Origin: Lytechinus pictus
Taxonomy: Eukaryota
Direction of reading: 5' to 3'
Assembly (NCBI RefSeq): GCF_037042905.1
Contig: NC_087252.1
Span: 6,016,001-6,080,000 of the forward strand
DNA length: 64,000 nucleotides
Position 1 is the first letter of the stretch, and the number at the start of each line of letters is the position of its first letter. Below, piece by piece: positions 1 through 12,895 of the stretch. The notes under the pieces are model-generated. The model did no database searches, was not told where the DNA came from, and was given only the letters and a program-made list of their open reading frames with translations. The translations under genes and the position numbers were made by a program.

Positions 1-2470
1 TTGTGCACTAGCAACCTTTATCTTGTGACTAGATTTGTTATCCTTTTTTGTAGTGAGTAACGAAGCTTCTCCCCAAAAAAAAAAAAAAAAAAAAAAAAAT
101 CAGCATCTTCGCTTTTATGTTATTTTTTCTCCTGATGCGCTTGTTGTTCAAAAAGTGGAATAAACGATAGATCAGAAAAATATTCAAAAAAGGGGAAAAT
201 GTTAATTTTGTCCTTGAAATGTCATATGTATATGGAATTCGTTTCCTTGACCAAGAAGACGAATCGACATCAAACTGTAATGTATGCGTTTATTATTTGC
301 TTAGATATACTAGCTGTCATCGAACATATCATAAAAGATCAATAATACACAAATTTAAGATCATGGCTGCACTTTATTCGTCATTAGTGTCAACTCAAGG
401 CATATTAACATGTCATTTGATACGAGCTTTGTCTAAAAGAGCCGAAGTGTACTTAAAAGATGTGAACAATATGCATCACAGGCATGAAAACATTCCTTTT
501 CCTACTTACAAAATCAATTCACATTCAACATTTCAACCGGCGTTTGTTTTGTCCCTTTATCATGTTTATAGAGAAGCTGCAATGGCGGGCCTGCATGATA
601 TCATGAATATACACTTGCATTCCGCACCCTACAGTGAATGTTCCTCTTCCTCATGAATCGCAAGCAGATAACTCTCCGTTGACATTAGATTAATTTTGTT
701 CAGAGGCTTATACTTCTTCCATCTTGAAAGCTTCAACATTGACGCAGGGGTGCGTCAGCGGAAAGACCCAACGCCATCAAGGACTATTATGACACGTTAT
801 TTTACTTGGAAAGCTGTATTAGAATAGATCGTGGTCAAGTGTTCAAACCATGACTTTTTGGTCCGTTTAAATAAAAACACATCTAAAACAAACTGGTAGT
901 ATTATGTACAGAATAATACAAACGTTTCACTTTTAAGTCGACGCAAGCCTGTGTCATTAATGGGCTCATCGGGCAAAATGCATAATGTGAAATGGCCCTG
1001 AAGCATCCAACGCGTTGATCCTTTCCAATGGACCATCAGCGAAGAGAGAGAGGGATAAACGCTAAGAGAGATTTACGGCTTTACAAGACAACCAAGCTCG
1101 TCTGATCTCTCTCGTCTTCGAGCGAGAAAAGGACAAGGAAGATTTTCGACATATGTTTACGATATGTCTTGACGTGAATGTAGTTTAGATTGGCCAACAA
1201 AGTACAATGCCATCTCACGCTATTTGATGCTGTCAAGGTTGCCCCACTAAATTACGGGTAAATCTTGTCGATTTCAGATACGGGCGTGAGCAAGACACAC
1301 GTCCTCCTGATCTTCACCTTCCACATTCATCAGTGGGCGTCGTGGGCATAAAACATTTCGTCATGAATAGAAATTTTCATTTTCCATTTGCATGAAGCGT
1401 CTGATTAAAGCATAGCATAAAATAGAAATGAAAATTTCGCTCCATAAATGGTGTGTAAAGCTCCCCTTTATGTTTATCCTTAAATATTCAACAAATGAAT
1501 TTAAAACATCGATGTTAGTTCATGTAAAAATATACAATTTTAGAATGACTGATTTTAATTGTGGTTAATTAGCAGTTATGTGTTCGGATTCGACCCGACC
1601 TCGTTCAAATATACACATATTACCTCCGACAAAATGATAACAACTTCCAAATTACTTGCACATGATTAAACGCTTTATAAAGGGGGGAAACGAACGTCCA
1701 AAAAATAGAAATTGATTGGGAAATGCATAACAAATTTATTATTCCCGATCACTTCTTCTATATCATGACTATTTAACACTCAGATCATGAAATCATTAAA
1801 ATTCCTTTGACTTTACGGATATCAGGTATAACGATAAAGAGTTGAGTTTCGTTTTTCCAATGCAAGACGCCGGTTTTAATCACCGGCCATTTATCACGCC
1901 GCACTTTCCATTTTCTCTTTATTTTCAAAAGGAAATTCCAACTATTGACTATTGCAAAATATATCGTGGAACCTGCTTACAATCTAACTTTGATCATATT
2001 CGTTAAGAGAAATACAATGGCGTATAATTTTGTGGTGTTTGTTTCTTAACCGGCAGATCTTGTTTGGTCACAGAAAATTGCACGATTGATTTAAAAAAAT
2101 GCAAGTGCTGTGTCTTCAGTGACGGTTTTTATTATAAATAAGCTCAAAGAAAACTTGTCTGAGAATTCGAAGTCGTATCGATGTTTTCAATCAAAATATT
2201 GTTTAACAACATGTTAACAGTAGATAATATCAAGGATACCGATTGAATATTCGTGCTTACGAAGTTAAAAAAATATCAACCGACCGTAAATGATTTGCTT
2301 CCAATTGCAGATAAAGTGATACGATCTATTTCCGGCGACAAATTCGAATAAACAATTATTATATCGCCATGATCATTGGCATTAGCATGCATACAGCATT
2401 TGAAATATCAGCAAATCGAATACATGAGAGAAGGAGGACAATAACAGGAAAAAACTATGAGTGTGAAGTA

Positions 2471-2711
2471 CACTGCAAAAACTCTGGTGTTGATTTAACA
2501 CCAGCCCGGAATCTATATGTCCACACCAGAGAAGTGTTAAACAACACCAGTTTTTGTTTTGGTCCAACACCATATAGGTGTTTATAAAACACCAATTAGT
2601 ATTAAAACAGCATCGGTTTGATTCCAAACTGGTGTTGTATCAATACTTCTCTGGTGTGGACATGTATAGATTCCAGGCTGGTGTTAAATCAACACTGGAG
2701 TTTGTGCAGTG
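2471..2711. mobile_element. Non-autonomous DNA transposon (MITE) with CACTG...CAGTG ends, EnSpm/CACTA-like; copy A
   Basis: Long imperfect TIRs (cactgcaaaaactctggtgttgatttaacaccagc... / ...gctggtgttaaatcaacactggagtttgtgcagtg), TA on both sides, internal aacacc/ggtgtt repeats; related copies at 2847 and 20241. Confidence 0.8.
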
Positions 2712-2846
2712 TAAAGAGATAATACCAAGGCATCCGATATGGGATGACGAAGGAGGAATATTGAAGAAGGGATAAATTATTCATTGCAAACAAAATAATA
2801 ATCATGACAGATATTACAGGAAAATCATAATTAATATATAAAATTA

Positions 2847-3086
2847 CACTGCAAAAAATCCGGTGTGGATTTAACACCAGCCCGGAATCTATATATGTCC
2901 ACACCAAAGAAGTATTGAAACAACACCAGTTTGGAATCAAACCGATGCTGTTTTATTACTAATTGGTGTTGTATCAACACCTTTCTGGTGTTAGACCAAA
3001 ACGAAACTGGTGTTGTTTAACACTTCTCTGGTGTGGACATATAGATTCCGGGCTGGTGTTAAATCAACACCAGAGTTTTTGCAGTG
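2847..3086. mobile_element. Same MITE family, copy B, inverted relative to copy A
   Basis: ta|cactgcaaaaaatccggtg...gagtttttgcagtg|ta; internal segment is the reverse complement of copy A. Confidence 0.8.
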
Positions 3087-6000
3087 TAAGATTTGCCATA
3101 TAAATACTTTCCAAATAATAGGTTTGTTATCATGATTGCCTTCATATTTCTTTACAATTGGACTACTTGGTTCAATACAGTAGGATACGAAGGATATTGA
3201 AGGGCGGACCCTGATTAATAAACGCGTTATAAAAGAGTGTTCGGCGCCTTATAATGTGTCCGAGATGCGAGTTTGTTTTGAATGTCAATATCACTAAGCA
3301 CTGGGAATGTAGCTGATGCCTAGAGGGTATTATTCAATATCATAATTATATTCCTGGTGGGAATTTGGGAAGCAGTGGCATTGTATTATGAAAAATCATG
3401 ATGAAGAGGGGAAGGTCATATTTTACAGGGATAGTTGTAAATCTAAAAACAAGAGGGCTTCTACGATGGTCGGATCGACAGAATTAGGGAGGCTGGGAGG
3501 TATGCATGAAAATTATGTTTAAAGGAAGGATAATGAGGTGAATAATTTAACAAGCAAACGGAAAATTGAAAACAAACCTAGGAAGGTGTTTATGTGAGCT
3601 ATTGCTTTGAAAATGAATGACTTGTTATTGGTATACGGTGGGAATTTACTGTTCAAACATAACGGTTTACATGGACGGAGCTTGCCTAAAATGCTCGAAG
3701 AGATGGCGGCGTAATGTAAAACTTCTTCAATTCCACCACTCTTTGAATGTTATAACATGTTACATTTACTTACATTCTGAATGTGAATGTAGTCATGCTT
3801 ATATATTGCTTCTTAAAAACACATCAGCGATTTACAGAAAATACATGTATGTAGGTAAAAATAGATATGATAACAAAATATAAATACATATGAGCCTGCT
3901 GAGGGAAATACGGATTAAATTCAATTAAGTTACAATATGCATGTCTGGTTTTTATCTCATTCTGGTTATGCATTTATGTACATAATTCTAAAAAGACCAG
4001 GAAGAATCTACCGTGGTCAGCCATTACATTATGATACACAGTCTTTGACTAATCTCAGAGATCTGAATGACTCTGAACTGTAAACGGTACATGGACCTAC
4101 AATGTCGAGTTAATTAAACAGACTGCACACAGCCGCTCCAAGGTGAATCACATATCGATCTCAGTTCGGTAGCCGAATCGTGACGTCATTGCTAGATTAT
4201 GACGTGACATTCTGGTTGAGTAGGTTTCAATACATTAATTGCAGATTGTGGTCTCAAATTCTTAATTCAAGTTTGAACCTTGCTTGAGGATAGGTCATGG
4301 TTGTGATATAATAAAAATATTCACCCTCCCCCTTTCCCTATTCTGCCCCGTATGCCAGTATTTGCGCAAGGGTAACCCGGCCCCGACCCAATTGTGGTAT
4401 ACTTCAAGTTTATTTGACTTCAAGTTTTTCGAACAACGTTAAATTGAATCCGCGCATTAAAAAAGTAAAAGTCCGACTTAAAACACCAAGATGAATACGA
4501 GTAAATCCGTAATTAATTGAAACGAATGGAGAAAAAAAACCATCGATATTTCTTTTTTAATAGGGAAATTTCGAAATATAGAATTTAAATATGATAAACA
4601 CAATGAGTATAGCAAAATAAAATCAGAATTTAAACAAAACAATGAAATGCAAGTATTGAATAGGTAAGCTTAAATAACATTTCAATTGATGTTAATATAT
4701 AATTTTTAATCACATTTAATAGTAAAAACAAAGCGAAAGAGAACAAGATCCAAGCAGGGTCCTTTGTTATATCTGAGTGAGCATTATAAAGAATGCACGG
4801 TGCCATACAGTTGTACCTTGTTTTCACACAATACAACGTTATAACAACTGATTTTCTTTACCCTTTTCCTGCATATCTTAATTCTAAAGGAAACCCGGGG
4901 GTGTTACCTTAAGACATGAACCTGATTTAGAAGTCGAGCAGAGTTTCCTGATCAAAGGGCCTTGCGCTAGAATAATCTAGTAGTCTGCATTTAAAGACCG
5001 AAAGATTTCGGTTTTTTTTCTCTTTTATTTCAAGTATTTGTTTCATTTCTGAATGATGAAGGGAGAAATAACAAGGTTGCTTTATTACTGGTTTAACATC
5101 TGCCGTTGACTTGGAAATACTTACTGGCGTTCAACGATTAAAGGGATAGAGCCTCGTCGATCTGGCGCTGCACAGCGGCTGCCGGGCCCACGATCAATTG
5201 GGCAAAGCAAATTTTCGAAGTATTTCATTTCATGTCTATTTCGAACAATAAATTATAAAAAAAAATGATAATAGAAAAAGATTATAATAAAACAAGTTAT
5301 CAGAGAATTTGGAATTAGAGACAAAATTGAACTCGGAAGTAAAGGAATGAAATGGACGATTTCCTAATTCCTTTCAATTATGTTTTACTATCAAAATAGA
5401 CCTAAGATTTTTAGAGAAATTGCCCCCCTTCCACTTGAAATTTGATGTTGAATAAGTTTGCTTTCTAATTTAACGAATGTGTTGTTTTTCTTTTAAACAA
5501 AGTCTTTGAAAGCAGACTAAAGTCTTTATGATAAATGTTGAGACAAGGCGAGCCGAGCAGGTGGTCTGTAGTAGTAGGTAAATTGAGAAGCGAGTTGTGT
5601 TTTCCTCCTGGTCTTACAAATCAATTATGGGTTCCCTTTTTGTTCACCCAGGCTATACCAACCCCTAACAAACTCCGTAAACCCCCCATGTCTATTATGG
5701 CTCCAAGAAGATAGGCAAAATTGAAAAAAAAAATCTTACATAATCTAAGATCACTCTAAAGCAGGAAGGAAATTACATGAAACACATTCGACATGGAAGG
5801 GGTATTATGTGTGCGACATAATTATCACATATAAATGAATTTTGTGGTCCGTGTTTTTGAAAGGGGAGTGCAATATGTTACGAGCAAACTAAAATCCTCT
5901 GTAAATTTGGTTCAAATTCAAAATCATAGAAGATGCAGCCTAGGGTTCCAATCGGGTAGTATGCTCGGTTTAGGGTTAGGTTTAGGGTATAGTGTTAAAC

Positions 6001-7904
6001 CCAAGGCTTTTGGTCATTCGATTAGTGTGTGGAATGCAGAGCGGAGCAATTATCGCCGGAGCAAATGTCATTTTACCCAAAATATAGAAGGCAGTGCCAG
6101 TGGTCAATATGTTAAAAGTCCAAACAGTGGCTTCAGTGAAACAAACGTAACTGGAAAAAGAGTCGTCACAGAATTACTCAGACCAAAAGATGGCCTACTA
6201 ACTTGACTGGGACGCAATTAGGTGAGGACTCTCGAGATCCATCTCATCTTTTCCACAGGATTGATCAAAGGGATTCACCGTATTCGATGAAGATTCTCTG
6301 TTGTCGCTTGTTAGGTTCGTCGAAATAGGAGAAGGAAACATCGCCGCTATTGATCAAGATGCCATCATTCCTTAAGGATAGACGTAAAGTTGGGAGCTAT
6401 AGACACGGTACTTGAAGACAAGTAAGTGAGAAATAATTGGTTTCAATGCAAGACGACCGGTACCTGAGTGCTTACGTGAACGGGATGTGAAGAAATCAAA
6501 GCGACAATTAATAATATTGGTATTCAGAAATAACAACGCGAACTGTGTACTTTGTATAGTATGTATTTATGTTCCGATCATATTGAAATACTGCTCTGAT
6601 TAAATCTGGCAGAAATAACGTGATTCAGAATAAAAGGTTAGTGATCTAAAGTTGTGTCAAAAAGATCTTCATTAAACATGTTAAAGGGTTAATACACAAT
6701 GAGACTAAATCATGATAATCATTCATATTTTGTCTTCATGTGACATACAAGACTGCAGTGAATATATATTTATATAACCCATGAATAATCATTATTAAAC
6801 TACAGCTTTTGCTCACATTATTCAGCTTTCCTATTTTGGTTAGGGTTGTAGGTCTCAGGATTTATCTAACGGGACGGCTAGTAATTTTGTGACGTCACCC
6901 GTTCCATCAAAGTCACTTTTTAAATGAAAGTAAAGGTCAAAAGAAGAGAATGTACCTACAAGCAATCATTGTACTGTCTTATCTAATAAGGATGTTGACA
7001 TACTCAATGATCAACATGATTTATTTTTGTGAAACAGTGCCTTGTTACATGCACAAACGCAACAAAAAACAAACCTGGGGTACAGTTCACGTAGCTTCTT
7101 TCTCTATTTTTTTTTACAAGAGATGTAATATTAGCCAATCACATGGAAGCATTTAATAGCTTCTAACAGCATCAACGACTAACAAGGTTTATCAATCTGT
7201 GACAACATTTGCTCTAGACAGGACAACATTACAATCAAATAAAAGGGAGGTCCTCCCAAAATATATTGGATTAATTTCATAGCATGTTCGCTCCATGGTA
7301 CATGTTGAATACAGAATGTTGACAAGTTCGCGTAGGATGATGTAGTATATCCTCCATTCCTGATCAAGTTTGTTTGTTCACAACACAGTTGTGTATGCGT
7401 GGTGACTATCAATACCACGGAGGTTTGTTCCTTTATCACAGTCATCATCTCTAGTATATGAATTGGTAGAAGTATGCTATTCATTAATTTCGTTTGAATT
7501 AATCTTTTTCGTTTCAGTTATACTTTTTATTCTTCTCTGTCGCTAATCTCTATGTCGTTTTATTTTCAATTATGTTTATTTTTGTCATTCACTCATTCAT
7601 TATAAAAAAAGTCCAATCTTGACATCATCCAATACCATATACATACTCCCAAGAAACATAATAGGCCTAATTATGATTCACTTCGGAACATTCACGTTGT
7701 ACAGTACAGATCAAATGATTGTTGAGTTTAAAACTTTATTGTAACAATGCATCCAATTGTTTAATTAACAGGTATTCATCAAAAAAGATTATACAGTACA
7801 TTCGCATATTAAAAAACTATTCAGTGCGTTGCTTATAAATACATCTGGCGGTCATTCACCTTCAATGCTACTAGGCACCCTCTGTGTTCTAATATGAGAC
7901 TCCA

Positions 7905-8140
7905 TGTCCCAGTCTTTCAAAGAATTACGATTGATCAAATCAACCATAACTATGAAAAACCAGCAGTATCAACACCTGAAATTAATGTTTGTTCAACATA
8001 TGATATATATTCTTCCATTTAGTGTTTCTCTCTTTGTTGAAAAGGTTTATTGTGAAGATTTCCTGAATAAATGCTATTAGTGGATTTCCATATACTTGAG
8101 GTTAATCGGATAAATCATAACTCTTTGGGAGACGGGACCA
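7905..8140. mobile_element. Degenerate MITE
   Basis: ~50-bp imperfect TIRs: tgtcccagtctttcaaagaattacgattgatc... / ...taaatcataactctttgggagacgggacca. Confidence 0.55.
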
Positions 8141-9572
8141 AAATTGGCAGGATTCATATTCATATAGATTCATATAGAAGATCTACGGTAGATGTTAATG
8201 CATTTCCACACCCAAATTGACAGAATTGCGTTTGCAATTATAAGAATGTATAAAATATCCTTAAAAAAAGAATGGATGGGTACAGCTTAATGAAATAATG
8301 AAAACGAAGGAAATTGGAATGAAATGCACTTGCTATTTTGTCAACAAGGCCGTTAGAACTAATTATTATCACTTCAGTTAATATCGCTTTCAAGCATTAA
8401 CACCTATTTTCATAAAAAATATTTTTTGATATATTTGTACAGTTTGAAACATTCAGATAAGCATTTCAAAATCATTGATATCTGATACTAGCAAATATTT
8501 GTTTAAATATAGAAACCAACGACAAAGAAACTTCCCCTGTTAAAAAGCCGTAAATTAACGTAGAAATTCCAAACGGTGTGCTTGTCAGTTTTATCTCAAA
8601 TTGGTTCGGTATTGGTCTAGAGATTTTTTTTTTTTGTCAAGTTCCTAGAAAGTATTCCACTTGAGATGTGGAAATGGTGCGTGTTAATACGAGGCCGAAA
8701 CGATGACTGCTCCTCAAGAAACTTCAATCTGTCATCGCATCAGCGGGTTCTTGATTGTTAACGTAAACACCTTGGACAGGTGTTATTAGAAACACATACA
8801 ACCATCAATCTGTGCTACCTGTCACCAAGGACCACTACCAAGAAAGGGAAAGTACTTTTGTTTCCTCATTCGACTGTTTTCACTTGGCTGATCAGCTGGT
8901 ATCGCATTTCGATGTATGAATGAAAACCCATTCTAATGACTCTTCCATTGCACTTCTACCTGGGTGATATTGATGGACAGCAGTGTCCGTTATGTCCTTA
9001 CACGGAACAAGGACTTGGGCTAATTAGATGCAAGGGTTTCCCTAGCTTTTAACAGTCGTTACACAAAAATTGAGAACTTGGGCCATGACGGGTATTTTTG
9101 GCAAGCTGATTTCGAAATCACCTTATGGGATGCCAATCCTACATAATTATGTGCGAGGAAATTACGAATCCATGCTGTTGAAAAAGCAAATTTGTGGCTA
9201 TCCCACTTAACCATGTTAACTGTACACTTATCTGACTATTATGACAAAGAAATGATGAAGAAAGGGGGTGTAACTATTCTCTGTAAGTGGTGTGGGGGTA
9301 ATACTGTTAACATCGATCTTAACAAGGATCAATCTCATGCACTTCTTTATATAACTTGACAAGATACATTCTAATTTGGATCTGTTGGAGTCTCATGATT
9401 CTTCGGAGATATCATTGGGTCAACTATTTGCAATAAACATTATATTCCCCTTCTGTTGGTTATATACATTTGATTATACATGTACATACAAAATGAAGGA
9501 TTTTTTTATTATAAGGAGTTTTCGCTACTGATGTTTTAAAAAACAAAGACAATATATTACAAAATGCCTTCC

Positions 9573-9765
9573 ATGCCATTCATGACAATGAACAACCAAA
9601 AAGTCTTTGTCCAAAATTGGTGAATCAAAACAGCAGTTTCGTCTTGAAATCTGGACAAACGACAAAGTTGAAATTTCTCGTCAGCTTCGAAACTTAGGAC
9701 GAAAGAGCTGTTTTGATTCATCAATTCAGACAAATACCTCCTAGCTGTTCATTGTCATTTGGCAT
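9573..9765. mobile_element. Degenerate palindromic MITE-like element
   Basis: Arms atgacaatgaacaacc...gaatcaaaacagcagtttcgtc and gacgaaagagctgttttgattc...gctgttcattgtcat are imperfect reverse complements. Confidence 0.55.
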
Positions 9766-9831
9766 TAATTTTTCAATACATTTACTGTGTTATTGGCTGC
9801 GTCTTTCGTCATGAAAGCGAAAGCTGCTTAA

Positions 9832-10362
9832 AGTCCCCCCCCCCCCCTGCAAAATAAAAATGTATGACATCAATAAGTTTCGCTTAATTTCACGATAAAG
9901 TTATTTGCACATCCTGGGTGTGTATGCAAATGAGGGGACTGATGACATCACTCACTCACTATTTCTTTTGTATTTTATTAGCTGAAATATGAACAATTAT
10001 ATTGTTTCCCTCATTGTCCTGTGAAACAATGTTTTATTGCTCCCTAAAAAGGTATAATTACCATTGTTTAAACACTATACGGTTCAGTCAAGTTGGTCAT
10101 TATTGCCAAATCTGTAAACACTAAAATATTGTATAATTCAAACAATAAAGAAACAAAAGAAATAGTGAGTGCGGGACATCATCGACTCTCTCATTTGCAG
10201 GTCACTTAATTGTGCAAATATTTTGTGAAAAATAAGCGAAACTTTCAAATGTCAGAACTATCTATCTTTAAATCCGATTTTGGTGAAATATTCAGCATTA
10301 TGCTTGTTTGATTTTTCTCTATTGATTCAAATTAACATTTTCCTGTGGTGGACGTGACCTTT
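9832..10362. mobile_element. Non-autonomous DNA transposon fragment, possibly TTAA-type (Kolobok-like)
   Basis: Nested internal inverted repeats (aagtttcgcttaatttcac / gtgaaaaataagcgaaactt; ctcactatttcttttg / caaaagaaatagtgag); starts after ttaa; diverged relative at ~43165-43780. Confidence 0.5.
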
Positions 10363-12732
10363 GATAATGGGGACGACGATAAGGGATCACTTTTACTTGA
10401 AGTACCTTTCAATTCATGAAATATTTAAACTATCTCAGGGTCAGACTCACAGAACAGTGTATCCATCACTCTCCTAAGACCTTCTTCCGACCCAGTAGGT
10501 TTACCCCAACCGATGAATCAAAACCAATCTTATTAACCATCTCAACATCGTTTACTCTCTTCTTTCTAGGTCAAATCTGACTATTCTAAAAGGACGTTCA
10601 TACATCGTATGACAAAATCAAACAACATTTCCTTGGTCAGTGTTGGTTCACAATGCAATAGACATGTCCCCAAATACAAACCGTCAACTGTCAAATAAAA
10701 GTACGCATGTCATCCTTCCTTCATTAATTTTATTTATAAATCAATTTTTTTATGTTCAGTCACGGGGAAAAGTGTTCTCTCATTGAATTGAAATAGAAAA
10801 TATATATCGTACTGAACAGTTGAATTGAATTGAACTACTTTATTTCCATTTTTATATATGCAAACATTTTTATTCCAATATTGATGATTAATAATATAAA
10901 AATCAATAAAAAAAAAATTGCTGATTCCTCATAAATGCAACAAAGCTAGACTATTAAACGCACCATTGGCAATGCGAGGATATGGGAATATCATGAATAT
11001 AGGGCGAGACAAGCGCATACGTAATGGAGGTTAACAATGGAATGATGAACAAAGTTTAACTGCAATATTGGCTATGACATTGACCCAGTTCAAGGTCATA
11101 TGGGCATCTTATATCCTGTTATATTGTTACGCAGCATAAATTAAATTGGATAAAATTGAGGCCATCTGCGTTGGCTCGGTTAATACGTGGTTTATAAATA
11201 CCTTCGACTAGACATGCGATGCTTGAGTGCTTGGCTACTCTCGATTTTATGTAGCAACACAGGGGGTATCACGAGTGCAAGGTACATCGATTCTACCCCG
11301 ATCTCTCACGAATTGACCTTTTTAATCATGCCAATTTTTCTGCAATAAAATGTGTATGATTTTATTGGCGTTTTAATGGGCTCCAGTTCTTTAATCTAAA
11401 GGTCTCACGTTTATCCTACTGCGGATTGAAAATACAGGTTTTCTGTAGGCCTGGTAAGAATACTCTTCGGTAAAGTTTCGAAATGAAATCATAATTTACA
11501 TGAAAACTTACCAATTTCTGGTGACAAGAGAGCCTTTGTTGTGTCCAAAACAAGCATGTATATTCCTTATGACCTGCGTGTGAATAAAAAGTAAGTGTTG
11601 GATGGTCAATATTTTTAAATCAGAAGTGATCATTTTCTTCAACAGACAGGATCAACAATAAAAAATTACGTTAAGAGAAAAATTATGAATTATGAAGATT
11701 GAATTATTGGTTTCATTTTTTTTCAAAACGAATTAATAGCGAAATTGATTTTTTGTTTTTAGTTTTAAAATGTTACCATCGTATATTTTTTTCTATTTTG
11801 CCCCGATGATGTCAATAACGGAATAGGATGTTTGAAATATAGATATGAGGAAAATAACTCATCTTCCAATTCGCACTTTGGTATTAATAGTGGTATACTG
11901 TTTTAAGCACTAGTTTGCATAAGCTTGTCTACGAAAAGCCGTGGGTTGATGAGGCCATAGCAAGCTTCATTTAACTCGAGCCAGACGTTTTGAACTGCCG
12001 AAAAGGCACGTTTTTAATCAAATTTACCGCCTTTTTCGGCCTTTGACTAGCCTCGTTCGTCTGGCGGTAAATTGCAACAGCAGAAGGGAATCTGAAAACA
12101 GTTCGACTTGCCCTCCAAAAGGTTGACAATTAAATCAAATTAGAGCTTTTAGAAATACTTCGATGCTACACAACATATGGTGTTTAATGGCGGACTAGCC
12201 GACACCACGTGTAGTAGTATATGGAATGTCAGAAGATTACGTGAGTTCGCCATATATTACGAATAAAATCAATAGAAATGTTATTTTAAAAAAGATCCAA
12301 AGTTATGCATCTTATGTGTATTTTATCAAGACTGGTCTTTATTCATGAAATTTCTAAATATCCCTGGAAATTCCCGTGCCTTTTTTTTTCATTTAGATTG
12401 AATGGGATTAACCTCGAAATCCTCAAAAAGTCATAAAAACTTATCAAAGTCAGAACTGTGTACATGGTATTGGAAGGGGATAAAGTACGACAACCACCAC
12501 GCCCCCCCCCCCCCCCCAAAAAAAAGTCATTTTACTTTTATGAACCATATAACATGAAATTTAAAACAAAATGTTAACAGTCACTCTTTTTCAAGGTTAC
12601 CCGTTATTGTTTGAAGTAAAATCGGCATAGAAAAGATGAATATTCAGTACGTTTAAAGGATATCCCCTAGTTGAAGTAAAAAGATAAATAACAAATACAG
12701 ACGGAACTACACCGATGAAGTTTGAAATACAT

Positions 12733-12895
12733 CAGGGGCCGCGAAAGCGGGGGGCTGGGGGCTTCAGCCCCCCCCCCCCCCCTTTTTTCAAAAACCATGT
12801 ACAAAAACGTAAAAATTACCATACGATTGTGATTTTTTGCATGGTCAGACCCCCCCCCCCCCACCCCCACTTTGAAAACCGTTCCGCGGCCCCTG
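12733..12895. mobile_element. Short GC-rich MITE
   Basis: TIR caggggccgcg...cgcggcccctg flanked by the direct repeat tacat (12728-12732 and 12896-12900). Confidence 0.7.

Noticed and set aside
219..656. 145-aa ORF (likewise 5835-6206 and 15144-15545)
   Set aside because: No recognisable motifs; composition typical of chance ORFs in AT-rich non-coding DNA
5940..5990. Telomere-like TTAGGG motifs
   Set aside because: Only a few degenerate units inside an apparent repeat fragment; not an interstitial telomere array
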